A stretch of DNA of 64,000 nt from Clostridia bacterium (GTDB lineage: Bacteria > Bacillota > Clostridia > Christensenellales > UBA1242): the NCBI GenBank assembly GCA_017409005.1, contig JAFQTP010000002.1, forward strand, positions 478,497-542,496, in the 5' to 3' direction. Under the pieces are notes generated by a model that saw only the letters and a program-made list of their open reading frames with translations, was not told where the DNA came from and searched no databases. How positions within the stretch are numbered: the first letter of the stretch is position 1; each line of letters opens with the position of its first letter. Position numbers and translations under genes: made by a program. Shown one piece after another: positions 30,125-38,942 of this stretch.

Positions 30125-30192
30125 CTACTTTTTAATGCTAAAAAACTCCCAAATAAAGGGAAGTTTAAAAAATAAAAATGTTTAAAATTGTT

Positions 30193-30220
30193 TTGCATAT
30201 GGTGCTAAGTATGGTATAAT
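30193..30220 (+). promoter_or_regulatory. candidate sigma-A promoter of the second HU gene
   Basis: TTGCAT, 16 nt, TATAAT. Confidence 0.55.
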
Positions 30221-30251
30221 TAACTTAGAAAACATAAAGGAGAAAATGTTT

Positions 30252-30530
30252 ATGAATAAAATTGAATTAGTAAAAGTTGTTGCTGACAAAACAGGTTTAA
30301 CTCAAAAAGAAGTTGGCGCTGTTGTTGATGAATTGTTAGATGCTGTTATTGCAGACCTAGCAAAAGGCAACGAAGTTGCTTTAGCTGGCTTTGGTAAATT
30401 TGTTGTTAAAACACGTGCAGCAAGAGAAAGCATTAACCCAAGAACTAAAGAGGTTATTAAAGTTCCTGCTTGTAAAGCTGTTGCTTACAAACCAAGCAAA
30501 GCAATTAAAGAAGCAGTTAATAAAAAATAG
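30252..30530 (+). CDS. hup: HU-family DNA-binding protein
   Basis: MNKIELVKVVADKTGLTQKEVGAVVDELLDAV...GFGKFVVKTRAARESINPRTKEVIKVPA. ATG 30252 is preferred (9 nt after GGAG) over ATG 30246. Confidence 0.92.
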   Translation: MNKIELVKVVADKTGLTQKEVGAVVDELLDAVIADLAKGNEVALAGFGKFVVKTRAARESINPRTKEVIKVPACKAVAYKPSKAIKEAVNKK

Positions 30531-30564
30531 TAATTAACGCTTAATTAATTTAATAAACATTTTT

Positions 30565-30594
30565 AAAAGTTCCAATTATTTGGAACTTTTTTTA
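30565..30594 (+). terminator. intrinsic terminator
   Basis: AAAAGTTCCAA-TTAT-TTGGAACTTTT hairpin plus a T-tract. Confidence 0.7.
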
Positions 30595-30652
30595 TTGTTA
30601 TTTAGCAATTAAATGCATTTACAAAACATTGCAATTATACTAAAATATAACT

Positions 30653-31600
30653 ATGAAAATTGGCAATATAGAACTTAAAAATAATTTAATACTTGCACCA
30701 ATGGCTGGGGTTACCGATGTGGGTTTTCGTAGCCTTGCAATAAGTTACGGAGCCGACTATGCTGTTGGCGAAATGGTTAGCGCAAAAGCATTAAAATATA
30801 AAAATAAAAAAACTGCCGATTTACTTATAACTGCACCCAACGAATCAATTAAAGTTGCTCAAATTTTTGGCTCCGACCCTAAAATTATGGCAAGCATTGT
30901 AAAAAGTAAATATCTTAACAAGTTTGATATTATTGATATTAATATGGGTTGCCCAGCACCAAAAATTGTTAAAAATGGTGAAGGCAGTGCCTTAATGCAA
31001 AATATTGAACTTGCCGAGCAAATTGTTTCTGAATGCGTAAAGGCAAGCACAAAACCTATAACCGTAAAGTTTAGGGCAGGTTGGAACAATAACATTAATG
31101 CAGTTGAATTTGCAAAAATGTGTGAACGTGCAGGTGCCAGTGCCATAACAATTCATGGCCGTACTCGTGAGCAATTTTATGCGGGTAAATCTGATTTAGA
31201 ACTTATTAAACAAGTTAAACAAGCAGTTAACATTCCGGTTATTGGAAATGGTGATGTTGTAGATGTTGAAAGTTATAACGCAATGCTTAAAACTGGTGTA
31301 GATGCTGTAATGGTTGGTCGCGGTGCACTTGGCAATCCTGAAATTTTTGCCGAACTAACAGGTAAGAAAGTTGAGGTAAATAAATTTGAAGATATTAAAA
31401 AACACATATCAATTTTGCGTGAACATTATCCCGAGCATTTAGTTGTTAAAGAGATGCGTAAACACATTTTGTGGTATTTAAAAGGTTATCATAATTGCAC
31501 CGAAATTAAAAACCAAGTTGTTAGAGAAAAAGATATTAATAAGGTTCTAGAAATTTTAAAAAACTTTTTTGAAAACAATAAAAAAAGAGAGAGCAATTAA
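30653..31600 (+). CDS. dusB: tRNA-dihydrouridine synthase
   Basis: 315 aa. LAPMAGVTDVGFR, INMGCPAPKIVK and ITIHGRTREQ motifs of the Dus family. Confidence 0.92.
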   Translation: MKIGNIELKNNLILAPMAGVTDVGFRSLAISYGADYAVGEMVSAKALKYKNKKTADLLITAPNESIKVAQIFGSDPKIMASIVKSKYLNKFDIIDINMGCPAPKIVKNGEGSALMQNIELAEQIVSECVKASTKPITVKFRAGWNNNINAVEFAKMCERAGASAITIHGRTREQFYAGKSDLELIKQVKQAVNIPVIGNGDVVDVESYNAMLKTGVDAVMVGRGALGNPEIFAELTGKKVEVNKFEDIKKHISILREHYPEHLVVKEMRKHILWYLKGYHNCTEIKNQVVREKDINKVLEILKNFFENNKKRESN

Positions 31601-31748
31601 ACTAAAAGTACCGTTTAATTAACTCCCTCAGGCATAATAGTAAAGAGTATAAATAATAACAAATTTTATTTAACTGCTTTACTAATATTATGTTGTGTAG
31701 TTAACATTTTATTATTCATAAAATTGTAAAATTTTTTATAAATTTTTA

Positions 31749-31773
31749 CTACTATGCAAACTATTATGCAAAC
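31749..31773 (-). repeat. 25-nt tandem motif GTTTGCATAATAGTTTGCATAGTAG (copy 1, minus orientation)
   Basis: Exact reverse complement of 50419-50443. Lies 4 nt beyond the T-tract of the PFOR-side terminator. Confidence 0.85.
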
Positions 31774-31777
31774 ATTT

Positions 31778-31807
31778 AAAAAACGGCTTAATTTAAGCCG
31801 TTTTTTT
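31778..31807. terminator. bidirectional intrinsic terminator between convergent dusB and PFOR
   Basis: AAAAAACGGCTTAA-TT-TAAGCCGTTTTTTT, with A- and T-tracts on both sides. Confidence 0.8.
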
Positions 31808-31835
31808 GTTTCATTATTAATTTTTATGATTTAAA

Positions 31836-34800
31836 TTAATCTTGTTCTTTTTCGTTTGTATTAGAAAATTGTTTAATATCTTCAAACCTTTCTTTAGCGT
31901 CGCGTTTTGCTTTTTCAAAAAGTTCGGTTGCTTTTTCTGGGTTCTTTTTTAGTAGTGCAGAATAGCGTGTTTCGCCTTGTAAAAATTCTATATAGTCTTT
32001 AGTTGGTTCGCCGCTATCTAGAACGTATGGATTTTCGCCATTTTCAAGTAATGTTGGGTTATAATGCCACAAGTTCCAATAACCACATTCAACAGCTTTC
32101 TTTTGTTCTAATTGGCTGTCGCTCATGTTAATTCCGTGGTTAATGCAAGGAGAGTAAGCAATAATTAAACTAACACCATCATATGCTTCAGCTTCACGCA
32201 CACATTTTAAAAAGTGATTCATATCGGCACCCATGCTAACTTTTGCCACATACACATCTTTATACATTGTTGCAATTAATGCAAGGTCTTTTTTAGGTCT
32301 GGTTTTTCCGCCTGAGGCAAATTTTGCAACAGCACCAGTTGGGGTGCTTTTACTTGCTTGACCGCCAGTGTTACTATAAACCTCGGTGTCTAGCACTAAA
32401 ATGTTAACATTTTCTCCGCTTGCAAGCACATGGTCTAATCCGCCATAACCAATATCGTAAGCCCAACCATCGCCACCAACAATCCATAAACTTTGGTTAA
32501 TAAATGCGTCGCTTAAATTTTCAATTTGTTTAACAAGTGTAGGGTTAATTTTGCTTTCTAAATTTAATGCTTTTAAAATTTGAGTGCGTAAATCACGTTG
32601 TTCGTTTGTGGTTGTTTTAGTTAAATATTCATTAATTAATGTTTTAACATTTTCGCTAAATTTATCATTTAAAACATCATTTAAATAAGTTTTTAGTTGT
32701 TCTTGTTTAACTTTTAAACCTAATTTAATTCCATAACCAAACTCGGCATTATCTTCAAATAAGCTGTTTGCCCAGGCTGGTCCGCCATTTTCGTCGAAGG
32801 TGTAAGGGCAGGTTGGTGCACTTCCACCATAAATGCTTGAGCAACCAGTTGCGTTTGCAATAACCATGTGGTCGCCATAAAGTTGGCTAATAACTTTTAA
32901 ATAAGGTGTTTCGCCACAACCGGCACAAGCACCGCTAAATTCAAAGTATGGTTTTTCAAAACCAACACCTTTAACTGTGTTGTTTTTAAACAAGTTGCTT
33001 TTAACTATTTTAATATTTTCTAAATATTCGTGGTTTTTAGTTTCAATTTCAAGCTGATTAGTTGCATCAAGCATGCTAAGTGCTTTGCCTTTTGTAGGGC
33101 AAACGCTTTCGCAAACTCCGCAACCAGTACAATCAAGAGGGCTAAAATCTAGCACAAACTTTTTGCCAGGTTCGGCAATTGCATTCAAAACTTTTAAAGT
33201 GTCTGGCGCGTTAACCAAATCTTTTTCGTCTATAAGTTTTGGTCTGATAACTGCATGAGGGCAGGCAAACGCACACATGTTGCATTGAATACATTTGTCG
33301 CTGTTCCAGCAAGGAAGCATTGTGGCAATTCCGCGTTTTTCATATTGGCTTGTTCCAGTTGGAACATTTCCGTTAGGGGTAAATGCACTAACCGGCAGTT
33401 TGTCGCCTTCAAGTTTTTCAATTGGGCTTACAAATTCTTCATAATACTTAGTGCATTTTTTAGTGCAAGTTGCACATGTTTCGTTTGCAGTTTTCCAAGT
33501 GCTTGGGTAGTTAATTTTGTTAATTTTATCTTCAGCACTTTCAATTGCTTTAAAGTTTGAATTTAAAACTTTTTCGCCTTTATGTCCATAACTTTTTTCT
33601 GCCATTTTTTTCATTTCAGATTTTGCAGTTTCAAAAGGTAAAATGTTAATTAATTTAAAGAATGCACTTTGCATAATTAAATTAATTTTGTTTCCAAGCC
33701 CCAACTCTTTAGCAATGCTATAAGCGTCAATGGTGTAAAAGTTAATGTTTAAATTTGCAATGTCGCGTTTTAAACTTGCAGGCATTAAAATTTCAAGTTC
33801 GTTTAAATTGTATTGTGTGTTAAGTAGCAGTGTTCCGTTTTGTTTTAACCCTTTTAAAATATTATATTTTTTAATATAGGTTTGGTTGTGAACTGCAACA
33901 AAATCAATGTTATCAAGCAAATAACTTTCGTTAATTTCGTCTTTGCCAAAACGCAAGTGGCTTATTGTTGCATTGCCACTTTTTTTGCTATCATATTCAA
34001 AATATGCTTGTCCGTTTAGGGTAGTGTTGTTACCAATAATTTTAATGCTGCTTTTGTTTGCACTAACAGTTCCGTCGCCACCATATCCATAAAATTTACA
34101 AGCAGTAACATTATTGTCGGTAGGGTGAATTATATTATTAATTTTTAAACTTAAATTTGTAACGTCGTCGTCGATTCCAACAGTAAAGTGATTTATTGGT
34201 TTTTTACTTTCTAAATTTTCAAAAACTGCACCCACCATGCTTGGTGTAAATTCTTTACTGCCAAGTCCATATCTGCCACCAATAACTTTTGCACCAATTC
34301 CCATTTCGCTTAGGGCAGTAACCACATCTTGGTAAAGTGGTTCACCAATGCTTCCAGGCTCTTTGGTGCGGTCTAAAACTGCAATTCGTTTAACTGTTTT
34401 AGGCAAAGCTTTAACTAGTGCTTGTGCATTAAATGGTCTAAACAATCTAACTTTTAAAACACCATATTTTGTGCCTTTGGTTTTATTTAAATAGTTAATT
34501 GTGGTTTCGGCTGTATTAGCTCCGCTTCCCATTAAAATAATTACATCTGTTGCGTTTTTATCGCCACAATAGTCAAAAAGTGCATACTTTCTGCCAAAAA
34601 GTCTGTAAAAATCTTCCATAGCCTTTTCAACTATGGTTGGAACTAGATTGTAGTGCGAGTTGCAAGCTTCTCGGTTTTGAAAGAAAATATCTGGATTTTG
34701 AGCAGTGCCTTGTTGGTGTGGAGTGCTTGAATTTAATGCACGTTTTTTAAATTCCGAAACTTTTTCAAAAGGATAAATTTCTTTAATTTTTTCTAGGTTA

Positions 34801-35351
34801 ATTTGTTCAATTGTGTTAATTTCGTGGCTGGTTCTAAAGCCATCAAAAAAGTGCATAAACGGAACCGACGAGTTAAGAGTTGCAATATGCGCCACAAGTG
34901 CTAGGTCGTGTGCTTCTTGCACCGAGCCGGAAGCAAGCATTGCAAAACCTGTTTGGCGGCAAGCCATAACATCTGAGTGGTCGCCAAAAATTGAAAGGGC
35001 ATGTGTTGCTAAACTGCGTGCACTAACGTGCATAACACAAGGTAAAAGCTCGCCTGCAATTTTATACATGTTAGGAACCATTAGTAGCAAACCTTGGCTT
35101 GCAGTAAATGTGGTTGCAAGTGCACCACCACTAAGGGCTCCGTGTAATGCTCCAGCAGCACCAGCTTCTGATTGCATTTCAACAACCTTTAAAGTGTTGC
35201 CAAAAATATTTTTAACACCATCGTTTGCCATGCTATCGGCAAGTTCTGCCATTGTGCTAGAAGGTGTAATTGGATATATTGTTGCAGCCTCACTTAAATG
35301 GTAGGCAACTAAGGTTGTGGCTGTGTTTCCGTCAACAGTTATTTTGCTCAT
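31836..35351 (-). CDS. nifJ: pyruvate:ferredoxin (flavodoxin) oxidoreductase
   Basis: 1171 aa single-chain PFOR. Two ferredoxin-type motifs (CIQCNMCAFACP, CTGCGVCESVCP) and a TPP-binding region GGDGWAYDIGYGGLDHV. Confidence 0.96.
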   Translation of the reverse strand: MSKITVDGNTATTLVAYHLSEAATIYPITPSSTMAELADSMANDGVKNIFGNTLKVVEMQSEAGAAGALHGALSGGALATTFTASQGLLLMVPNMYKIAGELLPCVMHVSARSLATHALSIFGDHSDVMACRQTGFAMLASGSVQEAHDLALVAHIATLNSSVPFMHFFDGFRTSHEINTIEQINLEKIKEIYPFEKVSEFKKRALNSSTPHQQGTAQNPDIFFQNREACNSHYNLVPTIVEKAMEDFYRLFGRKYALFDYCGDKNATDVIILMGSGANTAETTINYLNKTKGTKYGVLKVRLFRPFNAQALVKALPKTVKRIAVLDRTKEPGSIGEPLYQDVVTALSEMGIGAKVIGGRYGLGSKEFTPSMVGAVFENLESKKPINHFTVGIDDDVTNLSLKINNIIHPTDNNVTACKFYGYGGDGTVSANKSSIKIIGNNTTLNGQAYFEYDSKKSGNATISHLRFGKDEINESYLLDNIDFVAVHNQTYIKKYNILKGLKQNGTLLLNTQYNLNELEILMPASLKRDIANLNINFYTIDAYSIAKELGLGNKINLIMQSAFFKLINILPFETAKSEMKKMAEKSYGHKGEKVLNSNFKAIESAEDKINKINYPSTWKTANETCATCTKKCTKYYEEFVSPIEKLEGDKLPVSAFTPNGNVPTGTSQYEKRGIATMLPCWNSDKCIQCNMCAFACPHAVIRPKLIDEKDLVNAPDTLKVLNAIAEPGKKFVLDFSPLDCTGCGVCESVCPTKGKALSMLDATNQLEIETKNHEYLENIKIVKSNLFKNNTVKGVGFEKPYFEFSGACAGCGETPYLKVISQLYGDHMVIANATGCSSIYGGSAPTCPYTFDENGGPAWANSLFEDNAEFGYGIKLGLKVKQEQLKTYLNDVLNDKFSENVKTLINEYLTKTTTNEQRDLRTQILKALNLESKINPTLVKQIENLSDAFINQSLWIVGGDGWAYDIGYGGLDHVLASGENVNILVLDTEVYSNTGGQASKSTPTGAVAKFASGGKTRPKKDLALIATMYKDVYVAKVSMGADMNHFLKCVREAEAYDGVSLIIAYSPCINHGINMSDSQLEQKKAVECGYWNLWHYNPTLLENGENPYVLDSGEPTKDYIEFLQGETRYSALLKKNPEKATELFEKAKRDAKERFEDIKQFSNTNEKEQD

Positions 35352-35431
35352 TAACTATCCTCCAATAATTGTTTAAAAAAATTTTGATGTAAATTTATTG
35401 TAATTGTTTTAGTTATTCTTACATCTTTTTT

Positions 35432-35460
35432 AGTATATTATTAAATAAAATTTTAGTCAA
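35432..35460 (-). promoter_or_regulatory. candidate sigma-A promoter of PFOR
   Basis: On the minus strand: TTGACT, 17 nt, TATACT, ~80 nt upstream of the start codon. Confidence 0.55.
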
Positions 35461-35524
35461 ATTCTAGCAAATATATTAATAATGTTGTAAAATGGTTTTG
35501 TAACAATTTTCGAGGTGAATTAAT

Positions 35525-36256
35525 TTGAATTACTTGTTAACAATTTGTTATGATGGAGCAAATTATTGTGGCTATCAAATTCAACCAAATTTAAAAACTG
35601 TGCAAGGCGTTTTAGAAGAAGCACTAAAACAAGTTTTTGGTGTTAGTGTTAAAACCTATGCTTCTGGTCGTACCGACGCGGGTGTTAGTGCACTTGGGCA
35701 AACTGTTAATTTTGTTGCTGATAAAAAGTTTAAGGAATATAGTTTGCTAGGCTACCTAAACACAATTTTGCCTAGTGATGTTAGGGTGCTTAGTGTTAAA
35801 TATGTTCCTGACGATTTTAATGCTAGGTTTAGTGCAAAACAAAAAACTTATGCTTATAATTTTTATTTGTCACGCATTGACAAACCATATTTAAACAAGT
35901 TTGCAACAAGAGTGGGTTACACCTTAGATATGCAAAAGCTAGAATCGGAATTAAAAAGTTTGGTTGGCACATTCGATTTTACGTCGCTTAGTTCAACCGA
36001 CACTCAAGTTGAATCAAAGGTTCGAACTATATCTAATGTTAGGTTGGTAAAGTCTGGCGAGGTTTACACGGCATATTTTATAGGCAATGGTTTTTTAAAA
36101 AATATGATTAGGGTTATTATGGGCACAGCGTTTGATATTGCTAGGGGAAAAATAACCGAAAGCTTTTTAGAAATTATTGAACATAAAAACCGTAAGTTTG
36201 CTGGCAAAACTGCAGGTGCGGTTGGGTTAGTTTTAGTGGAAGTTAATTACAGCTAA
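35525..36256 (+). CDS. truA: tRNA pseudouridine(38-40) synthase
   Basis: 243 aa. TTG start 7 nt after GAGGTG. YDGANYCGYQIQ and the catalytic GRTDAGVSA motif. Confidence 0.93.
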   Translation: MNYLLTICYDGANYCGYQIQPNLKTVQGVLEEALKQVFGVSVKTYASGRTDAGVSALGQTVNFVADKKFKEYSLLGYLNTILPSDVRVLSVKYVPDDFNARFSAKQKTYAYNFYLSRIDKPYLNKFATRVGYTLDMQKLESELKSLVGTFDFTSLSSTDTQVESKVRTISNVRLVKSGEVYTAYFIGNGFLKNMIRVIMGTAFDIARGKITESFLEIIEHKNRKFAGKTAGAVGLVLVEVNYS

Positions 36257-36353
36257 ATCTAAATTTGTATTGACACTGCAACTTAAATTGTTATATTATT
36301 TAGATAGATATATTTAATTATATATAAATTGTCTTAATGTTAAGGGGGATAAA

Positions 36354-37619
36354 ATGAGCACTAGAACAAAAATTATATTGCGAATTGTTGTTACGCTTGT
36401 AATTTTAGGGTTAACTGTTTTAGGCGTTTGGTTAATTTGGTTTAAACCTACCAACGAGTTAGAAATTTTCCAAAATTTAACCACACTTCAAGATAGCAAT
36501 GAAAAATCTTTCATTACCGCTAGGGGCGAAGTTCAAACAAGGGATTACCTAAAGGATAAAAATAATAAATATCTTGTTGGAGATTTTTCTAGTAGTGATT
36601 CTCAAGAAAAAATTGAAGGACAAGTTGCTTATTACCGATTATTTATGTTTGGCGGATTTTCAAGTATAAACGATTCAACAAATCCTTACACAATTAATAA
36701 CGAGGAAGCTAATGGTCGTGCCAACACATATGCAACTATCACTACAAAATCTAATCTTAATAAATACTTAGGTTTTAACGAAATGTATGAAGCCATTGAC
36801 GACGCGTTTGACTATTATTATTCATACGTTCAATTGGCAGAAAACGTTGATAACGAAGATGTTAAAGAAATTAATGGTTTAATTAACACATTAAGGTCAA
36901 ACTATAATGGTTTTGCATCTTTACAAGATAACGAACTTGAAAAACTTTTAGAAAGTTTAACAACTGAAAATCAACCAACCGTGTTAAACCAAGTTTGTTC
37001 AATTTATGAAAGACTTTACACACAATATTTTAAAGTAGTTGATTCTTATGCTGATTTAACTTTAGGTTTAAAAGATTTTGTTGTAGAGTATGTTTTTGAT
37101 GGAAATTTAACATTCGATAAACAAACTGTAATGTATGATGTTGTTTTAAACTCAATTGCTGAATGGGCAGAAGCTTCTAAAACCGAAAACACTGCAAAAC
37201 TTGCAAGTTATAAAGTGTTTACCAAAAACGCTAGCAATGCAGTTGTGTTTAACGATAATTCATTATTCATTGTTTATTCTGCTGATGTTGCAAACGTTTT
37301 ATATAACTATAATTACGAAACAAGTGGATTAAAAAACAGCGATTATACTGCAAGACTTGCTAAAGTTGTTGAAGCATATGCAACACTTGCAAACAACTAT
37401 AACGCTTCATTAGAAGGAAATCAAAGCATTTTCAAATTAAGCAACAAACAAAAACACGATCTTTTTGAAGTTACAACCGAAATCGATCCTGAAACTTCAA
37501 CTGAAGTTCCAGTTTATAACGAACTTCAAGCAAAATATAATTTAACTTACTTTAATCGTGTTCGTTTAGTTTTAAATCACTTCTTCAGAGTATCAAATAA
37601 TTGGGAGGTAGGTGTATAA
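36354..37619 (+). CDS. hypothetical membrane-anchored protein (N-terminal TM, extracytoplasmic helical D/E/N/Y-rich domain)
   Basis: 421 aa. SD GGGGGA upstream. TM IILRIVVTLVILGLTVLGVWLIWF. No motif I recognise. Confidence 0.7.
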   Translation: MSTRTKIILRIVVTLVILGLTVLGVWLIWFKPTNELEIFQNLTTLQDSNEKSFITARGEVQTRDYLKDKNNKYLVGDFSSSDSQEKIEGQVAYYRLFMFGGFSSINDSTNPYTINNEEANGRANTYATITTKSNLNKYLGFNEMYEAIDDAFDYYYSYVQLAENVDNEDVKEINGLINTLRSNYNGFASLQDNELEKLLESLTTENQPTVLNQVCSIYERLYTQYFKVVDSYADLTLGLKDFVVEYVFDGNLTFDKQTVMYDVVLNSIAEWAEASKTENTAKLASYKVFTKNASNAVVFNDNSLFIVYSADVANVLYNYNYETSGLKNSDYTARLAKVVEAYATLANNYNASLEGNQSIFKLSNKQKHDLFEVTTEIDPETSTEVPVYNELQAKYNLTYFNRVRLVLNHFFRVSNNWEVGV

Positions 37620-37620
37620 C

Positions 37621-38859
37621 ATGAAAAAACTATATTCATTACTTGCATTACCTTTAATTGGAATGATGTTCTTATTTGGTTGCGGAAAAGTAGAACGTAC
37701 AGTTGAGGAAATTACAACTTTATATAGTCAAACCGTTTCTGCATATGTTTCACCTGAAGCTAGTGGCGAAAATTGGTATTTTAAAACACTTGGTAACTAT
37801 CAAGTTTTAAATGTAACTTATGCCGATAACGACGAAATTAATTTAGAAACAGCAATTGCTAACATTACAAAATATCAATATTGCACAGATAACGGCATAA
37901 CCGTTACCGATAGCAATGCAACAGTTAGCACACAACTTAAAACCAGATACGAAAAACTTGAATCTGTTTATGCCAGAACTTTAACAATGGCATTTAACTA
38001 TTACGCTAACTGGAGTTCACTATTCTATACACACATCGAGTCTAAAAATCCAGACCCAAAAGAACTTACCGAATTATACGACAGATTAAAAACTTTACAA
38101 CGTGAACTTGAAAAATTTGATGCTTCTAAAAAAGATTTAGAACGTGAAATTAGGCTATTTGGCTTAGAAAGCGAAATTATTGGTGCAAGCCTAGATGCAT
38201 TTAATTATTCATATAACTGTTTAATTGATAAAACATTAAATTTTGTAAACTATTTCAGAAACTTGCATGTTAAATATTTCTTTGCAAACGTTTCAGTTGA
38301 TGGCTCTTATGCTCAACGCGTTTACGACGATGGTGTTTTACAACTTGCAAACTTCATTTATTACGACTATTTAGATGCTCTTGCTAAAAACTCAACTGTT
38401 AAATTAGACGATTTAACAAAAACCGATAATCACTTTGATATTTTTAAATATTCAGACAGCCGTTTAAACGAAATTTGTGCAGTTGTTAATACTGAAAGTA
38501 ACTACGAACTTATTAACAGAACCGCACAAGTTGGCGAAAACTTTAAAGCAACTTTAAACGACCCAACAAACTCAAACTATGAAACAAATAAAAACAAAGT
38601 TCAACAACTTGAAGTTGCATTAAACACCTTCGCACAACATTTTGAACTTTATAAAAAAGTTTATTCAAAAGTTGCAAAAGATGGCTTTAACGACTATCGT
38701 TTTGGTATTAATGGCATCGATTATAAAACCAGCACATATCTTGACGATTTAGATGTTGTTGATGCAGCAAATGCTAGGGTTTTAATTAACTTTGAAACAA
38801 ATAATGTATATAACTTTATTGATTCTTTAGCTGATTATTTAGAGGCTGCTAACAATTAA
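37621..38859 (+). CDS. hypothetical lipoprotein, distant paralogue of the preceding gene
   Basis: ATG 37621 lies 2 nt after the upstream stop, with a GGGAGG SD. Lipobox MMFLFGC. Shares an AF(D/N)YY...(E/K)(I/L)..L...L motif order with 36354-37619. Confidence 0.7.
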   Translation: MKKLYSLLALPLIGMMFLFGCGKVERTVEEITTLYSQTVSAYVSPEASGENWYFKTLGNYQVLNVTYADNDEINLETAIANITKYQYCTDNGITVTDSNATVSTQLKTRYEKLESVYARTLTMAFNYYANWSSLFYTHIESKNPDPKELTELYDRLKTLQRELEKFDASKKDLEREIRLFGLESEIIGASLDAFNYSYNCLIDKTLNFVNYFRNLHVKYFFANVSVDGSYAQRVYDDGVLQLANFIYYDYLDALAKNSTVKLDDLTKTDNHFDIFKYSDSRLNEICAVVNTESNYELINRTAQVGENFKATLNDPTNSNYETNKNKVQQLEVALNTFAQHFELYKKVYSKVAKDGFNDYRFGINGIDYKTSTYLDDLDVVDAANARVLINFETNNVYNFIDSLADYLEAANN

Positions 38860-38872
38860 AAGATTTTAAGTT

Positions 38873-38910
38873 AAAAGCAACTAGATTAAACTGGTTGCTT
38901 TTACTTTTTC
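38873..38910 (+). terminator. intrinsic terminator
   Basis: AAAAGCAACTAG-ATTAAA-CTGGTTGCTTTT hairpin followed by a T-rich run. Confidence 0.6.
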
Positions 38911-38942
38911 TAAAATGCTAATACTTAACAAGGATAATTATC

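Noticed and set aside
33073-35304. Plus-strand ORFs (61-163 aa) and a minus-strand alternative-frame ORF inside the PFOR gene.
   Set aside because: PFOR is unambiguous over its full length. The others are shadow ORFs.
38860-38942. A T-box leader upstream of the GluRS-family gene.
   Set aside because: The intergenic region is only 83 nt and is largely occupied by the upstream terminator, which is too short for a T-box.
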